Shown here piece after piece: positions 1 through 10,151 of a DNA stretch of 64,000 nucleotides. Within the stretch, counting starts at the first letter, position 1, and each line of letters begins with the position of its first letter. The notes under the pieces were generated by a model. That model was given only the letters and a program-made list of their open reading frames with translations. It searched no databases and was not told the origin of the DNA. The DNA lies in contig NC_088862.1 of NCBI RefSeq assembly GCF_963853765.1, positions 28,024,001-28,088,000 of the forward strand. Reading direction: 5' to 3'. This DNA is from Magallana gigas (lineage: Eukaryota). Made by a program: the position numbers and the translations under genes.

Positions 1-95
1 CAGTCACATGGTGACGTTAAAATTGCATATAAAAATATAGTTGCATGTTGTGGTATTTATGGACTTATTGTAAGTACGACCTAACTCAGACAGCG

Positions 96-533
96 CGTGC
101 AGGTGTCATAACAGTATTTCACTGACATGGCTGAGGCAAAATAATTCCCGAATTTTCCTTTGAATTCGGGGCGTTTCCGCACGCAACAGGAGCACATTTT
201 TTATAAGATAAAAAAAAACAATGTGTAAGAGGTCTAACTATCCCAGTTTTGTAATAATGCGAGGTCATTTGAATTTTTGATGTGTATTATTTCCGGAGGG
301 GGGGGGGGGGTTAAAGGCCCGGGCTTGATTTGCAAACACATGTGTAACTTGGAGGTAAACAAAGGCTCACGCCTTGCCGGATGCACGTGTGTATTTTGCT
401 AGAAGCATTGTTTAAAAATATGTCAAGAGGATTTTTTCGAGAAGTTCGTTTTGAATTTTTAATCTGTATGTAAAGTTGTGCAACTTTGGTAAGAATATAT
501 AGTAAAATTTAATATTGTAGTGACACCTGCACG
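96..533. mobile_element. Possible MITE with ~23-bp imperfect terminal inverted repeats
   Basis: cgtgcaggtgtca (96-108) is the exact reverse complement of tgacacctgcacg (521-533), extending imperfectly ~10 bp inward. No TSD established. Confidence 0.35.
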
Positions 534-811
534 GATCTCCGCGGGCACCCTGGTCGAAGACGGATGTGTCCCAGTGCACGGCGAGGGCTATTGTGAACTC
601 TTGTTGATGAACCCATGTTTTATGTGTATTTGTATGTTGTCTGCTTGGCAAAAATACTATAATATGTACGAATTTGGTGACACAAAATATTTTTATTCTG
701 ATATTAATTGATATACGACTATAGATACAGAAATTTAAATTAATGATACCTATCTTAAAGAAAATTTCAGCCTGAGGCCGTTGTGGGCGTTCTGGCCTTT
801 GATATGTATAG

Positions 812-2292
812 TGAAGACTCTAAATTGTACAAATCGTGACCCTCGGACCAAAACTGGAGCCCAAGGTGGGGTTCAAAATTTAACATAGAACTACATAGGA
901 AAAATGTTTAAAAATGTTCTTCTCAATAACTTCTGCACCAAAAATGCAAATATTTACACAAAAGGTTTTATATATAGTGAAGATTCTAATTTGTATAAAT
1001 CGTGACCCCGGACAAAAAGTGGGGCCCCAGGAAAGGTTTAAATTTTAACATATATAGAAAAATGTTTTAAAATCTTCTTCTCAAGAACTATAATGCAACA
1101 GTTTGGGATATTACTGTGCATACATGTACATCCTTAAGTAATGTAGATTCTAATTTGAAAAATCGTGACTCCCGGACAAATAATGGGGCTCCAAGGGGGG
1201 TTCAAAATTTAATCATTTTAAAAAATATAAAGGAAACGTTTAAAAATGTTCTTCTCAAGAACTGCAATGTTATAGTTTGTGGAATTACTATGCATGCATC
1301 CCTGGCTTATGTATATTTTTAATTGGTAAAATCATGACCCCCGGACCGATGCTGGGGCCCCAAGAGGAGGTCAAAGTTTATTATAGAAATATAAAGGTAA
1401 CATGTTAAAAAATTTTCTTCTCAAGAGTTACAATGCTTAAATTTGCGAAATTACTAGCATGCCTAAGACCGTGGATAATGTAGGTTTGATAGTTTTAAAA
1501 TAGTGACCCCTGGACTAATACTGGGGACCCAAGCTGGATTAAAAGTTAAATGTAGAAGTATAAATGGAAAATGTTTTAAAATCTTCTTTTCAAGAACTAC
1601 AATGCTTCAATTTGTCAGATAACGTAAGCATTCTTAAATAGTGTAGATTCGAAATAATAAAAGCCGTGACCCTCGATCTAATACTGGGCCCCAAGAGGTG
1701 TTCAAAGTTTAGCATAGAAATATAGAGGGAAAATGTTTAAAAATCTTGTGTAGGGAACTATAATGCTTCAGCTTGTGAGATTACTATGCAAGCATCCTTA
1801 AATAATGTAGATTCCAAATAAATAAAGCTTTAGTACTGGACTGATACTGGGGCCCCAAGATGGGTTCAAAGTTTAACCTAGAAAGATATATTGAAAATGT
1901 TTTTTAAAAGTTTTTCTCGAGAACTATAATGCTACAATTTGTGAGATTACTATGCAATGATCCTCAAATTGTGTAAACTCTAATGTAGTGGAACAAAAAA
2001 TTATCTTTCTTGATGTTGTTCTGTACAGTCTGAGAGTTATTCCTCTTGATGTGGAACTCTTCTACGTTCATTTTTTCAGGCTTTGTACGTGCAGTTTCGC
2101 CACAGTGCTACACATTTTCATTCCTATGTTACTATTTATGTTGTTAAAGCCAACTATAAACCTCGGACCAATACTGGGGCCCCATAAAGGTGTCAATGTT
2201 TAGGAATAGGGAAAAAAAAGCATATGCTACGAAATAGAATGTCACAAGGAACTGCTGTTCAGGTGAGCGATGTGGCCCACGGGCCTTTTGTT
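812..2292 (+). repeat. ~166-bp tandem satellite (Cg170-like) ending in a Helentron/HINE-type 3' terminus
   Basis: Monomer landmark cgtgaccc...ggggccccaag recurs near 835, 1002, 1165, 1334, 1503 and 1666, and again near 1845 and 2165. Ends in caggtgagcgatgtggcccacgggccttttgtt (subterminal repeat plus hairpin). No matching 5' end seen. Family name is from recall. Confidence 0.8.
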
Positions 2293-2513
2293 TCTTAATT
2301 TTTCAGAAGATGTAATTTCATTATTTGCGGTAAATCAAAACATATTATAGTGGTAAAGTCAACAATATAGTTACTTATCATTTTTCTCCAAAGAATTTGC
2401 GTTCTAGCTGTTTAATATTTTCTTTTTAGATTTAATAGATTTAGGATTTTTTTTGAAAGAGAGACCGATTACATGTGAATGATTGATTATTTTGGGGGTT
2501 TTTTTTTTGGCAG

Positions 2514-3490
2514 TATATAAGATTTATTCTACACTGCATTTGGACTACCAGGCTACTACAACCGAGTTGGCCAATACATTCACTGAATTTAAAAGTAAGT
2601 ATTGTATTCGTTTTAAACTTTTTATAACTATTTTTTAGTTATGTTTTTATGTAATTCGTTCATATGTGTACTTAGTTTGGTAAGAACCAATTATAAAAAT
2701 CATTGATTTTTTTTCTTTTAATGTTAGTTTACGTCTTTACTCTTTATTCATGTATTTTAAATGTTACTCTCCAAGTATCCAAATTTATTATTTATAAAAC
2801 AAAATCTAAACAGCAAATGCTTAAACATTTCAACAGCTTGAAATGTACGTTGGCGCAGTAAAATATATTAACATAGCCCTTTACATATAAACAAAAGCAA
2901 TAGAAACATAAAAAACCTATGGTTCTAACTGAATTGATATGGAATTTATTATTTGGTATATAAAATTATGTATGAAACGAACGCTAAAAGGAAAAACATT
3001 AGCACATTCTCCCGTAGCTGTTTCTATTTCCATTGATTGTAGCATACAATGTACAAGTATCATTAACAATTGCTTTAATTTTATGCTTACATTGTATCAG
3101 GAGTTTGCGAATCAAAATTGTACTAATGCATTGCAAAGCGCCAACAAATGAATACCTTTTTTTAGAATTGCAACGAAACATATCAGAAGTATTCTATATC
3201 TGTTATTTGTCTTAAGGAACCCTTATATCTGTTTTGCTGCTTAAGCATGTTTTTTTCACCTTTTGTAAATTGCTTTAGTATTCCTTTTACAGTTACTACA
3301 AATGCCAGAATGAAAAATGGTACGAATAAGAGCTCAATGGGTGTTGTCCTAAACAAAAACGAATCTAAAAGGATTTTTTTCTTTTAAAGTTGCGCTTATC
3401 AGACTAACGGTCGTGTTTTTGTTCACATGGATGATATATATTTACATCAAAATGCTAGAAAAACGCCAAATAGACATAAAAAAAGATTAG
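2514..3490 (+). pseudogene. Gene A (3' part only): stalk exon 2514-2594 and TM exon 3293-3490, with a +1 frameshift before the TM
   Basis: Close paralog of gene D exons 22851-22931 and 23620-23816, with AG/GT sites intact. An extra T in the run at ~3374-3380 gives TAA at 3385-3387 before the hydrophobic segment. The ancestral TAG is at 3488-3490. Confidence 0.75.
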
Positions 3491-5244
3491 TCCTATTTAT
3501 TATACATAAAAGGTGTATATATATTATAGATTAAATGATTATTTTTTTTAAAAATCAGCTCCTTTTTTAATAAATCATCAATCAGATTCCTCTCAGGAGT
3601 AAGAAGCTAAAATAAATCTTTACTATGAACTTAATAGCTGTGTCTTTTTAAAAAAAATTGCCTCAATCATTTTCCAAAACCACTAATTTGACATAAATTT
3701 TGAAGGATATTTAGTCATGTTTGCTTTTTTATATTGATAAACAGGTACATGTAATGCATACATGTATACGTAAAATGTCATAATATGATATATTTTAACA
3801 ATATCATTGGCGTCAAAATGCGTCCCTTTAGGTGTTTTTATATAAGCAGATAGGTGAACGTCATTGCAATACGAATGAGTTCTTTAAAGAAAATGCATAG
3901 TATACTGTTTTTTTAGCATGTTTGTCAAAACCCCATAGAATTATATTTTACATGCATTTGGATTATGTACATTTTTTTTTACAGGAAAAGCTGTAATTTA
4001 TATTGCATGTTTTCTTCGTACAGACTCAACTACTAGAGATCTTACATGTTATGAATTAAGTAAAACATTCCATTTTTTTAGATGACCGAGTCAATTAGAA
4101 TTACATGTATATGTCTATTTCAATCAAGAACAGTTAATCTTTTATTGATTGTACCATTTGTAAACAAAGTAAAGTTGTTTACATGTAATATTGATTACAG
4201 ATATCCAACATCTAATATCACAGCATGGCACTGTATTTGATATTCATGTAAAATCTATGATGCATAATTAATTGTTTCCATAACTTTATTTATGTTAAAC
4301 CCCTTCTTTACTTTTCAAGGCAGCATTGACGCTTGTTTGTTTCCATTTGAATAAAAACAGTAACACCTCTTGATTGTTAAAATTTTGTCATTTATTTAAA
4401 AATGACGCAAAATTATAGAACATATAAACATAAACAAAAGCGGCTGGAAGATCCCCGAACATTTGACTAGAAAACAAATTGGAGAGTAAAAAACAATAGG
4501 GGACTCCCATCCGCAAAATTGCTAAAACTAGTTCACATGCTAAAAAACTACCATTAATGAAATACAATGGAAACAAAAGTGGTGCATTAAAAAAGGCCAT
4601 CAACCTGAAAGGTTGAAGCACCACTCAAAATGTTGCCTTGGTAAAATATTGAGTACCATTGTAAAAAGTTAATACAATACAGCACCAAAAAATATATAAG
4701 AGTAACAAAGCCAGACAGCCAATTGCTGAACCTGACATTCATGGAAAGCAATGCACGATGGAAAGCAAAATACAACAATGGCATACATCAAAAATGAAAG
4801 GAATATAAAATATATCGTTTCCTAGCCATCAGGAAAAATGATTAAAACATCAAGTTGTAATCAAATTATATATTTCTTAAAAATTGTGGAGTAGGCTTAC
4901 AACAAAGCACAGATATTATAACCTGAAATCTGATGCAGACAATTGCTGAACATGATATATAAACATAGATAATAAAAAAAAAACCAGCTGTATTGAACTG
5001 ATAGACACACAACTAAGGTAAAAACAAGTCAATACCGGTAGTTGGATTCAGACAATTGCTGGACATGATATGCAAACTTAGAAAAAAAAACCAGGAACTA
5101 CAATGGATTAAAAAATACATAATTGAGGTAAAGACAAGTCAAATACTTTGATGCAGACAAATGCTGAACATCAAAAACACAATACACAAACGGATTGGAC
5201 GGCAAGTCAGCAACCTAAATGAACACTGTAATAGGACAAGGAAA

Positions 5245-6202
5245 CTAACAAAGTAAGGAATTAATGCGAATATATTTTTGTACAGCATCTGCTTTCCACC
5301 TACCAAGTTTTTGAATTTCAATTTGTGAAAGTCCTCGCTTAGCTGCCTCAGTGGCTGCTCCTATTCGAAAACTGTGACCTTTGTACCATTGTGAATTAAG
5401 CCCTATAAACTTCACAGTGTTTTGAAGGTTAGTTGAAACAAATTGATAAGATACTGGGGAACCTGAATGAAATTGAAACAAGGGTCCATTACTGTGTTTG
5501 TGAGCGGACAAATATAGTTGGAGGGTTGTGACTGGGCAAACTTGTGGTGGGGAGACTTTAGAGAGAGATATGGTTATAGGGTGGGTATTATGCATGGTTT
5601 TTGAATGTCGCAATATTAATTTAACTGAAGAGTTTCCATTGAAACTAACATCTTTCCGTTGAATTATGCATGCATGATTTGATGATGTTTTAGCAATCAG
5701 TTCCCCCATGCGAAAAAACCCATGAAAAGCTACAAAAAAAAGACATTGAAGCAAGAGTCTATTGAAAAAAAATTGGAATAGTAAATTGCAGGGCATTGAC
5801 TAGTTTGACTAAAATTGAAGATGTGATCGGTAGTCTGTAATCAGGTGCTTTTGCCGACTTGTTCGCCCCAAAAATAATTTTTCTGACCAAAAATGATTGG
5901 GAATGGTCTTGTATGTTAAAAATTTTGTGAACATAGCTAATAGCTGACACCATGGAGGTAATCGAAGATGGGCTATAGTTTTGTTCGAAAAGATAAGCAA
6001 TAAAATTGCAAAGAGTAATTTCAGATATTGGTAATTTATTGCTTACATTTCCTTGTAAACAAAACTGTTGAAAAAGCATCCAGCTGCGCTTATATGAAGC
6101 CTTTGTTGACTCTGAAAGTGAGGAATGAAGCAAAGCTAGGGCTGTGGTACTCAAATGTGAAGTAGGTTGGCTGGAATTTGCACTGGTGTTTTGTTCAGCC
6201 AT
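5245..6202 (-). CDS. Tyrosine recombinase, split by a +1 frameshift at ~5765-5772
   Basis: N-terminal LSESTKASYKRSW region, then catalytic residues FRMGE (R), HSKT (K), HSFRIG (HxxR), GRW and KYIR (Y). Removing one T from the T8 run joins ORFs 5759-6202 and 5245-5796. Confidence 0.92.
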
Positions 6203-7904
6203 GGTGCAAGAGTTAGTGCTTCCTGAAATTCGAGGCGAGACAATCTGTCAGCTAACACATTGAATTTTCCAGGGACATGTTTTGCTTTGAAAAAAATGTT
6301 ATTTTGTAAACAAGAAATAACTTATCTCCTTACTAACTTCATGATTGTCTTGTCTTTACTTGAAGTTTTATTGATAATTGCCACCACTGCTTCATTGTCA
6401 GTGAGAAATAAAATTTTGTGGTTTTGAAATTGGGAACCCCACATCTCTAGAGCTAGCACAATCGGGAAAAGTTCCAAAACTGTGATGTGAAACTGTTTGA
6501 ATGGTTCTAACCATTCAGATGCAAACCAAGTTGAACCTAAAACGGCTGCATAACCTTTTGTAGATGCAGCATCCGTATGCAATGTAAGATGGTCAGAAGA
6601 GGACCATGTGTCATTCAGAAAAACAGACTTGCCATTAAAATGTGAAATGAACTGAAGCCAACATTGAATGTCTGCTCTGGCTTCACATGTGAGGAGTATG
6701 AAATGCCGAGGATTGGTAACTTTTACAGTCAGGTCAATTAACCTACGTAGAAAAGCCCTACCAGGTGCAATGACTACACATGCAAAATTGAGCAAACCAA
6801 TGAGAGATTGCAGGTCATGCAAAGTGACCTTTTTACGATGAGACATGTTTGCTAAATGGGTTTGAATTTTCAATACTTTATCATTTGGTAAACGACATTC
6901 CATTGCAATAGAGTCAACTTCAATACCATAAATGATAATATTTGTGGTTGGGAGACAAGTTTTATCTGGGTTCAAAGGGACTCCTATTCTGTCACAAAGA
7001 GTAATGAAATTGTTTAAATCTGAAAACAGCTTTTGGATGCAGGAGGGCCAATAAAGAAAAAGTCATCAATCATGTGAGACATGCCTTTGGCAAAAAATTT
7101 GTTGAGCATAATCCACTGTAAAGAACTGCTTAGTTTTTCAAAAATCTGACATGAGCTACTGGCACCCATAGGGAGACACTTGTCATAATAATACAAATTA
7201 TCCCACATAAAACCCAGTAAATGATAATCATCGGGGTGTATGGGAATATTCCTAAATCCATCCTGAATGTCACACTTTGCCATCAAAGCTCCACTACCAA
7301 ACTGTTTGACAAGGTTTATAACCGTGTCGATTGAGTCATAGGAGACCTGGCTGTTAACTGCAGGTATTTGAGAATTAACAGAGTTATTTTCAGGATAGGA
7401 TAAATCATGAATCAAACGAAATTGGCCTTGAGCTTTTTTAGGGACCACTCCCAGAGGGGAGATGACCAGATTAGGGTATTGGGGATTTGTAGATGCCTCG
7501 GATATTCTACCATAACTTTGTTCTTTCTTAATTTTGTTAAGAACAATTTCAGGATGTTTATTAGTTGACCCATGGTTTTTGGAAGGGGTTGAAGAAGGGG
7601 TATTAAGGCAGCCTAACTGAAAACCATAAGTAAAGCCTGAAATGAGGTAGTTTGCTAAGTCTTGATCATAACCCTCTAAGTATGCTTTAAGAATTTCTGG
7701 CTTTACTGGAGTGGGCATTTTTTGAGGGTAATCGTTCCTCATTTGAGGGGAGTTTGGGGCACTTGAACCGAGGGTGCTGCTCTTTACAGTACTGACAGGC
7801 ATGCTTGTAGGTGCATGGGTCAGATCTACATTCCTGTCCTTGATTGAATGAGTAGCAAAATTTTGCTTTGGAGGTTTGAAAGTTGTTGGATTTGGATTTT
7901 GCAA
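6151..7904 (-). CDS. Reverse transcriptase / RNase H ORF, with a frameshift at ~7022 and an in-frame TAA at 6322-6324
   Basis: SPLGVVPKK, FRLIHDLS, KCDIQDGFRNIP, LPMGASSS, HMIDDF (RT); IGVPLNPDK continues in another frame; TDAA, ELFPI, TDNEAV and, past the stop, HVPGKFNVLADRLSR (RNase H). Natural stop at 6151-6153 overlaps the YR start. Confidence 0.93.
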
Positions 7905-8814
7905 GAAAGGACTGGTTTGAGGGACGAAATTTAAAGGGTTGAAGATTTGCCATCATAACTAACTCCTGTAATGGCTCTTGCCAAGGCAAAGGGGCAGACT
8001 GTCGTAATTTACGAAACTCTTCATCATAATACCGCCAGGAGTCGGTCTTGGTGGTAAAACTCATGTCTCTGATCATGTAGATGTATTTAAAGAGATGAGC
8101 TGCATCAGAAGGTGTTTTCTGAATGAAGATGGTTGCATATATGAGAAATGCTGATGTCCATTGGTTAATGGAAATGGGAAATTTTTGAAATTTACCTTGT
8201 TGGAAATTAATTGCCCCTCTTTCAACTGACACAGAAAAATTGTCATCTTGTTGATTGGGGAGCAACAGCCGAATATCAAAATATGAGTTGTCCCAAATTT
8301 TTTGCTTAAGTTTAGCTGACACAGTGGCCCCCAGGGGAATATTGTTGGAGAAATTTAGGGGTTGGGGGTCATGGTTGGTTGCTGACTCACCTCCAAATAA
8401 AGTATTTAGCACTGCAGGGACTGATAGTGTGTCTGGCTCCACGGAGGGTTGAGGGCAGGGTTGTTGGTTAGGCTCCGATGATACCTGTAGTGACACAGTT
8501 TGACTTGCTGGGATGGTGTCATTTTGGCTTAACACTGCAGATGGGTGATTCTGTTCGCATGCATTTCCGCTTGGCACTACTGAGGATGTGCTGATTTGTT
8601 CAGTGACTGGTGGTGGCACATTGTGATGTACTATGGTTGATGGGTTTGGGTTGAATTGGTTTTGTTTCTTCAGGATCGCGTCGGCGAGCAGATCATAGTC
8701 AATTGTTAAACTTTGACTTTGACTTCCTTTCTTCTGTCGTTTAGAGGGTGGATCAATCTCAGGAGGTGGTGATGTTGTTGATAAAACAGGTCGTCTACTT
8801 CTTTTTGGAGGCAT
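7687..8814 (-). CDS. Gag-like ORF1 (375 aa) with a C-terminal Cys/His zinc-knuckle cluster
   Basis: Uninterrupted ORF with a basic N-terminus and a P/S/Q-rich linker. CYSFNQGQECRSDPCTYKHACQYCKEQHPRFKC is typical of YR-retroelement gag. Overlaps the RT ORF. Confidence 0.85.
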   Translation of the reverse strand: MPPKRSRRPVLSTTSPPPEIDPPSKRQKKGSQSQSLTIDYDLLADAILKKQNQFNPNPSTIVHHNVPPPVTEQISTSSVVPSGNACEQNHPSAVLSQNDTIPASQTVSLQVSSEPNQQPCPQPSVEPDTLSVPAVLNTLFGGESATNHDPQPLNFSNNIPLGATVSAKLKQKIWDNSYFDIRLLLPNQQDDNFSVSVERGAINFQQGKFQKFPISINQWTSAFLIYATIFIQKTPSDAAHLFKYIYMIRDMSFTTKTDSWRYYDEEFRKLRQSAPLPWQEPLQELVMMANLQPFKFRPSNQSFLAKSKSNNFQTSKAKFCYSFNQGQECRSDPCTYKHACQYCKEQHPRFKCPKLPSNEERLPSKNAHSSKARNS

Positions 8815-9538
8815 TGTCTAAGGAAAAAGAGAGTAACAATCAATAATTTAGAAGCGCTGTTAGTCTGCAGCAAGAAACAAACTGAGCTCATACCCAGAGA
8901 AATCTAGTATTTCAATGTAAAAAAAAAAAAAAAATAATAAAAATTTGGCAACAATTGATACTGCTTCAAGACAATGATAATAAGTAGAACAAATTTGTGC
9001 CTAAATGCAATGGCACTTTAGAGCTCAAACTCTGTGCAGATAAATAACCGAACACAAAAGTTCATAAGGGTTATGATAATTGATAGAAGAGCTCAAACTC
9101 TGTGCAAATAAACAAACTGAGCTCATACTCAGGAAATTTTGAGTTGTTTAGTTCAGTAAGCATGGGAAAACACAACCAATGTGTTCGGATTCGCATAAAT
9201 GAACAACTGAGCGCATACTCAGTAAATTATAGGAATCAAGCAGCAGACTTGAATTGCAAATAAACTTAATGTAATAAGAACAAATCAGGCACACACTTGC
9301 AATTTAAAGCACAAACTCATAATAATTGACCAAAGTCAGATTAAGGCAAATAGACCTTAATAAAGTGAAACAAGTGAAGTGATGTAAGTATTGAAAACTT
9401 AATGTTAACTTGTGGAGTAATGCGACAAAACATTACACATAAAATAAGTTAACAATTTACAAGAAAATTACATGCATTTTCTTTATAATATTCCAAGTAG
9501 ATAGCTGTTTGCTATAATTGTGAACTAAAAAACCCCAC

Positions 9539-10151
9539 CTAAAGGTATTGGGTAACATGCAGAAAAGCAGATTTAATGCTTTGTATATACTTTCTGGAGT
9601 ATTTCCCATTCATGTCTTCACGAATATGCACTCCGTCGGAAGACAGAAAATCAAGGGACGCCCAAAAAACCTCGGTGCTTCCAAAAGGAAATGTTATCAT
9701 GTAATGCACACGCCGAAGCGAGTTGAAGGTTCAGAGAAATCACCTCCGAGTTGAATGCTGCTGACACGCGTTGGGAATTGCGCCTGAGAATTTGTCCAAT
9801 CACTACATGTTGTACGTTACAACCGTGCAACAAATATTGCGCATACGAAAGGATTTCTTGCGCCTATTTGGGTATGTTAGGGGAGCTGCAGCACAGGTCA
9901 TTTCCTCCAATTTGAATGAACACAATGTTGGGTCGCGCAACAAAATAGGTAAACTCACGTAGTGCACAAAGTCTAGAAATTGTCAAACCTCCTCTTGCCA
10001 CACAAGTTACATAATATTGATCCCGATTTAAACGTAGATTGTTGTCCTCAGGACTATTGTTCATGAAATCTCTGAGGCGACGTATGAAGGAATGACCCAC
10101 CAAAGTTACACGCAGGGGGTCTCTACCATTCGCCCTCGGTGTTCCCGCCAT
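9539..10151 (-). CDS. SGNH/GDSL-type hydrolase ORF within the element (in-frame TAG at 9864-9866, +1 frameshift at ~9664-9669)
   Basis: VTLVGHS (block I Ser), RGGLT (block II Gly), IQIGGNDL (block III Asn). Reads through TAG to QHVVIGQILRR...FWKHRGF; removing one T gives WASLDFLSSDGVHI (block V DxxH), ending at TAG 9539-9541. Confidence 0.88.

Noticed and set aside
830-2200. Regular repeats as a possible CRISPR array
   Set aside because: Whole ~166-bp monomers are similar with no unique spacers, the context is eukaryotic, and there are no cas genes.
2430-2475. Possible 45-nt extra phase-1 exon in gene A
   Set aside because: The homologous segment in gene D has a stop and a frameshift, and the donor is weak.
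7069-7086. RT catalytic motif HMIDDF rather than YxDD
   Set aside because: Both Asp residues are present and hydrophobic substitutions at this position are common in DIRS-class RTs, so it is not evidence of novelty.
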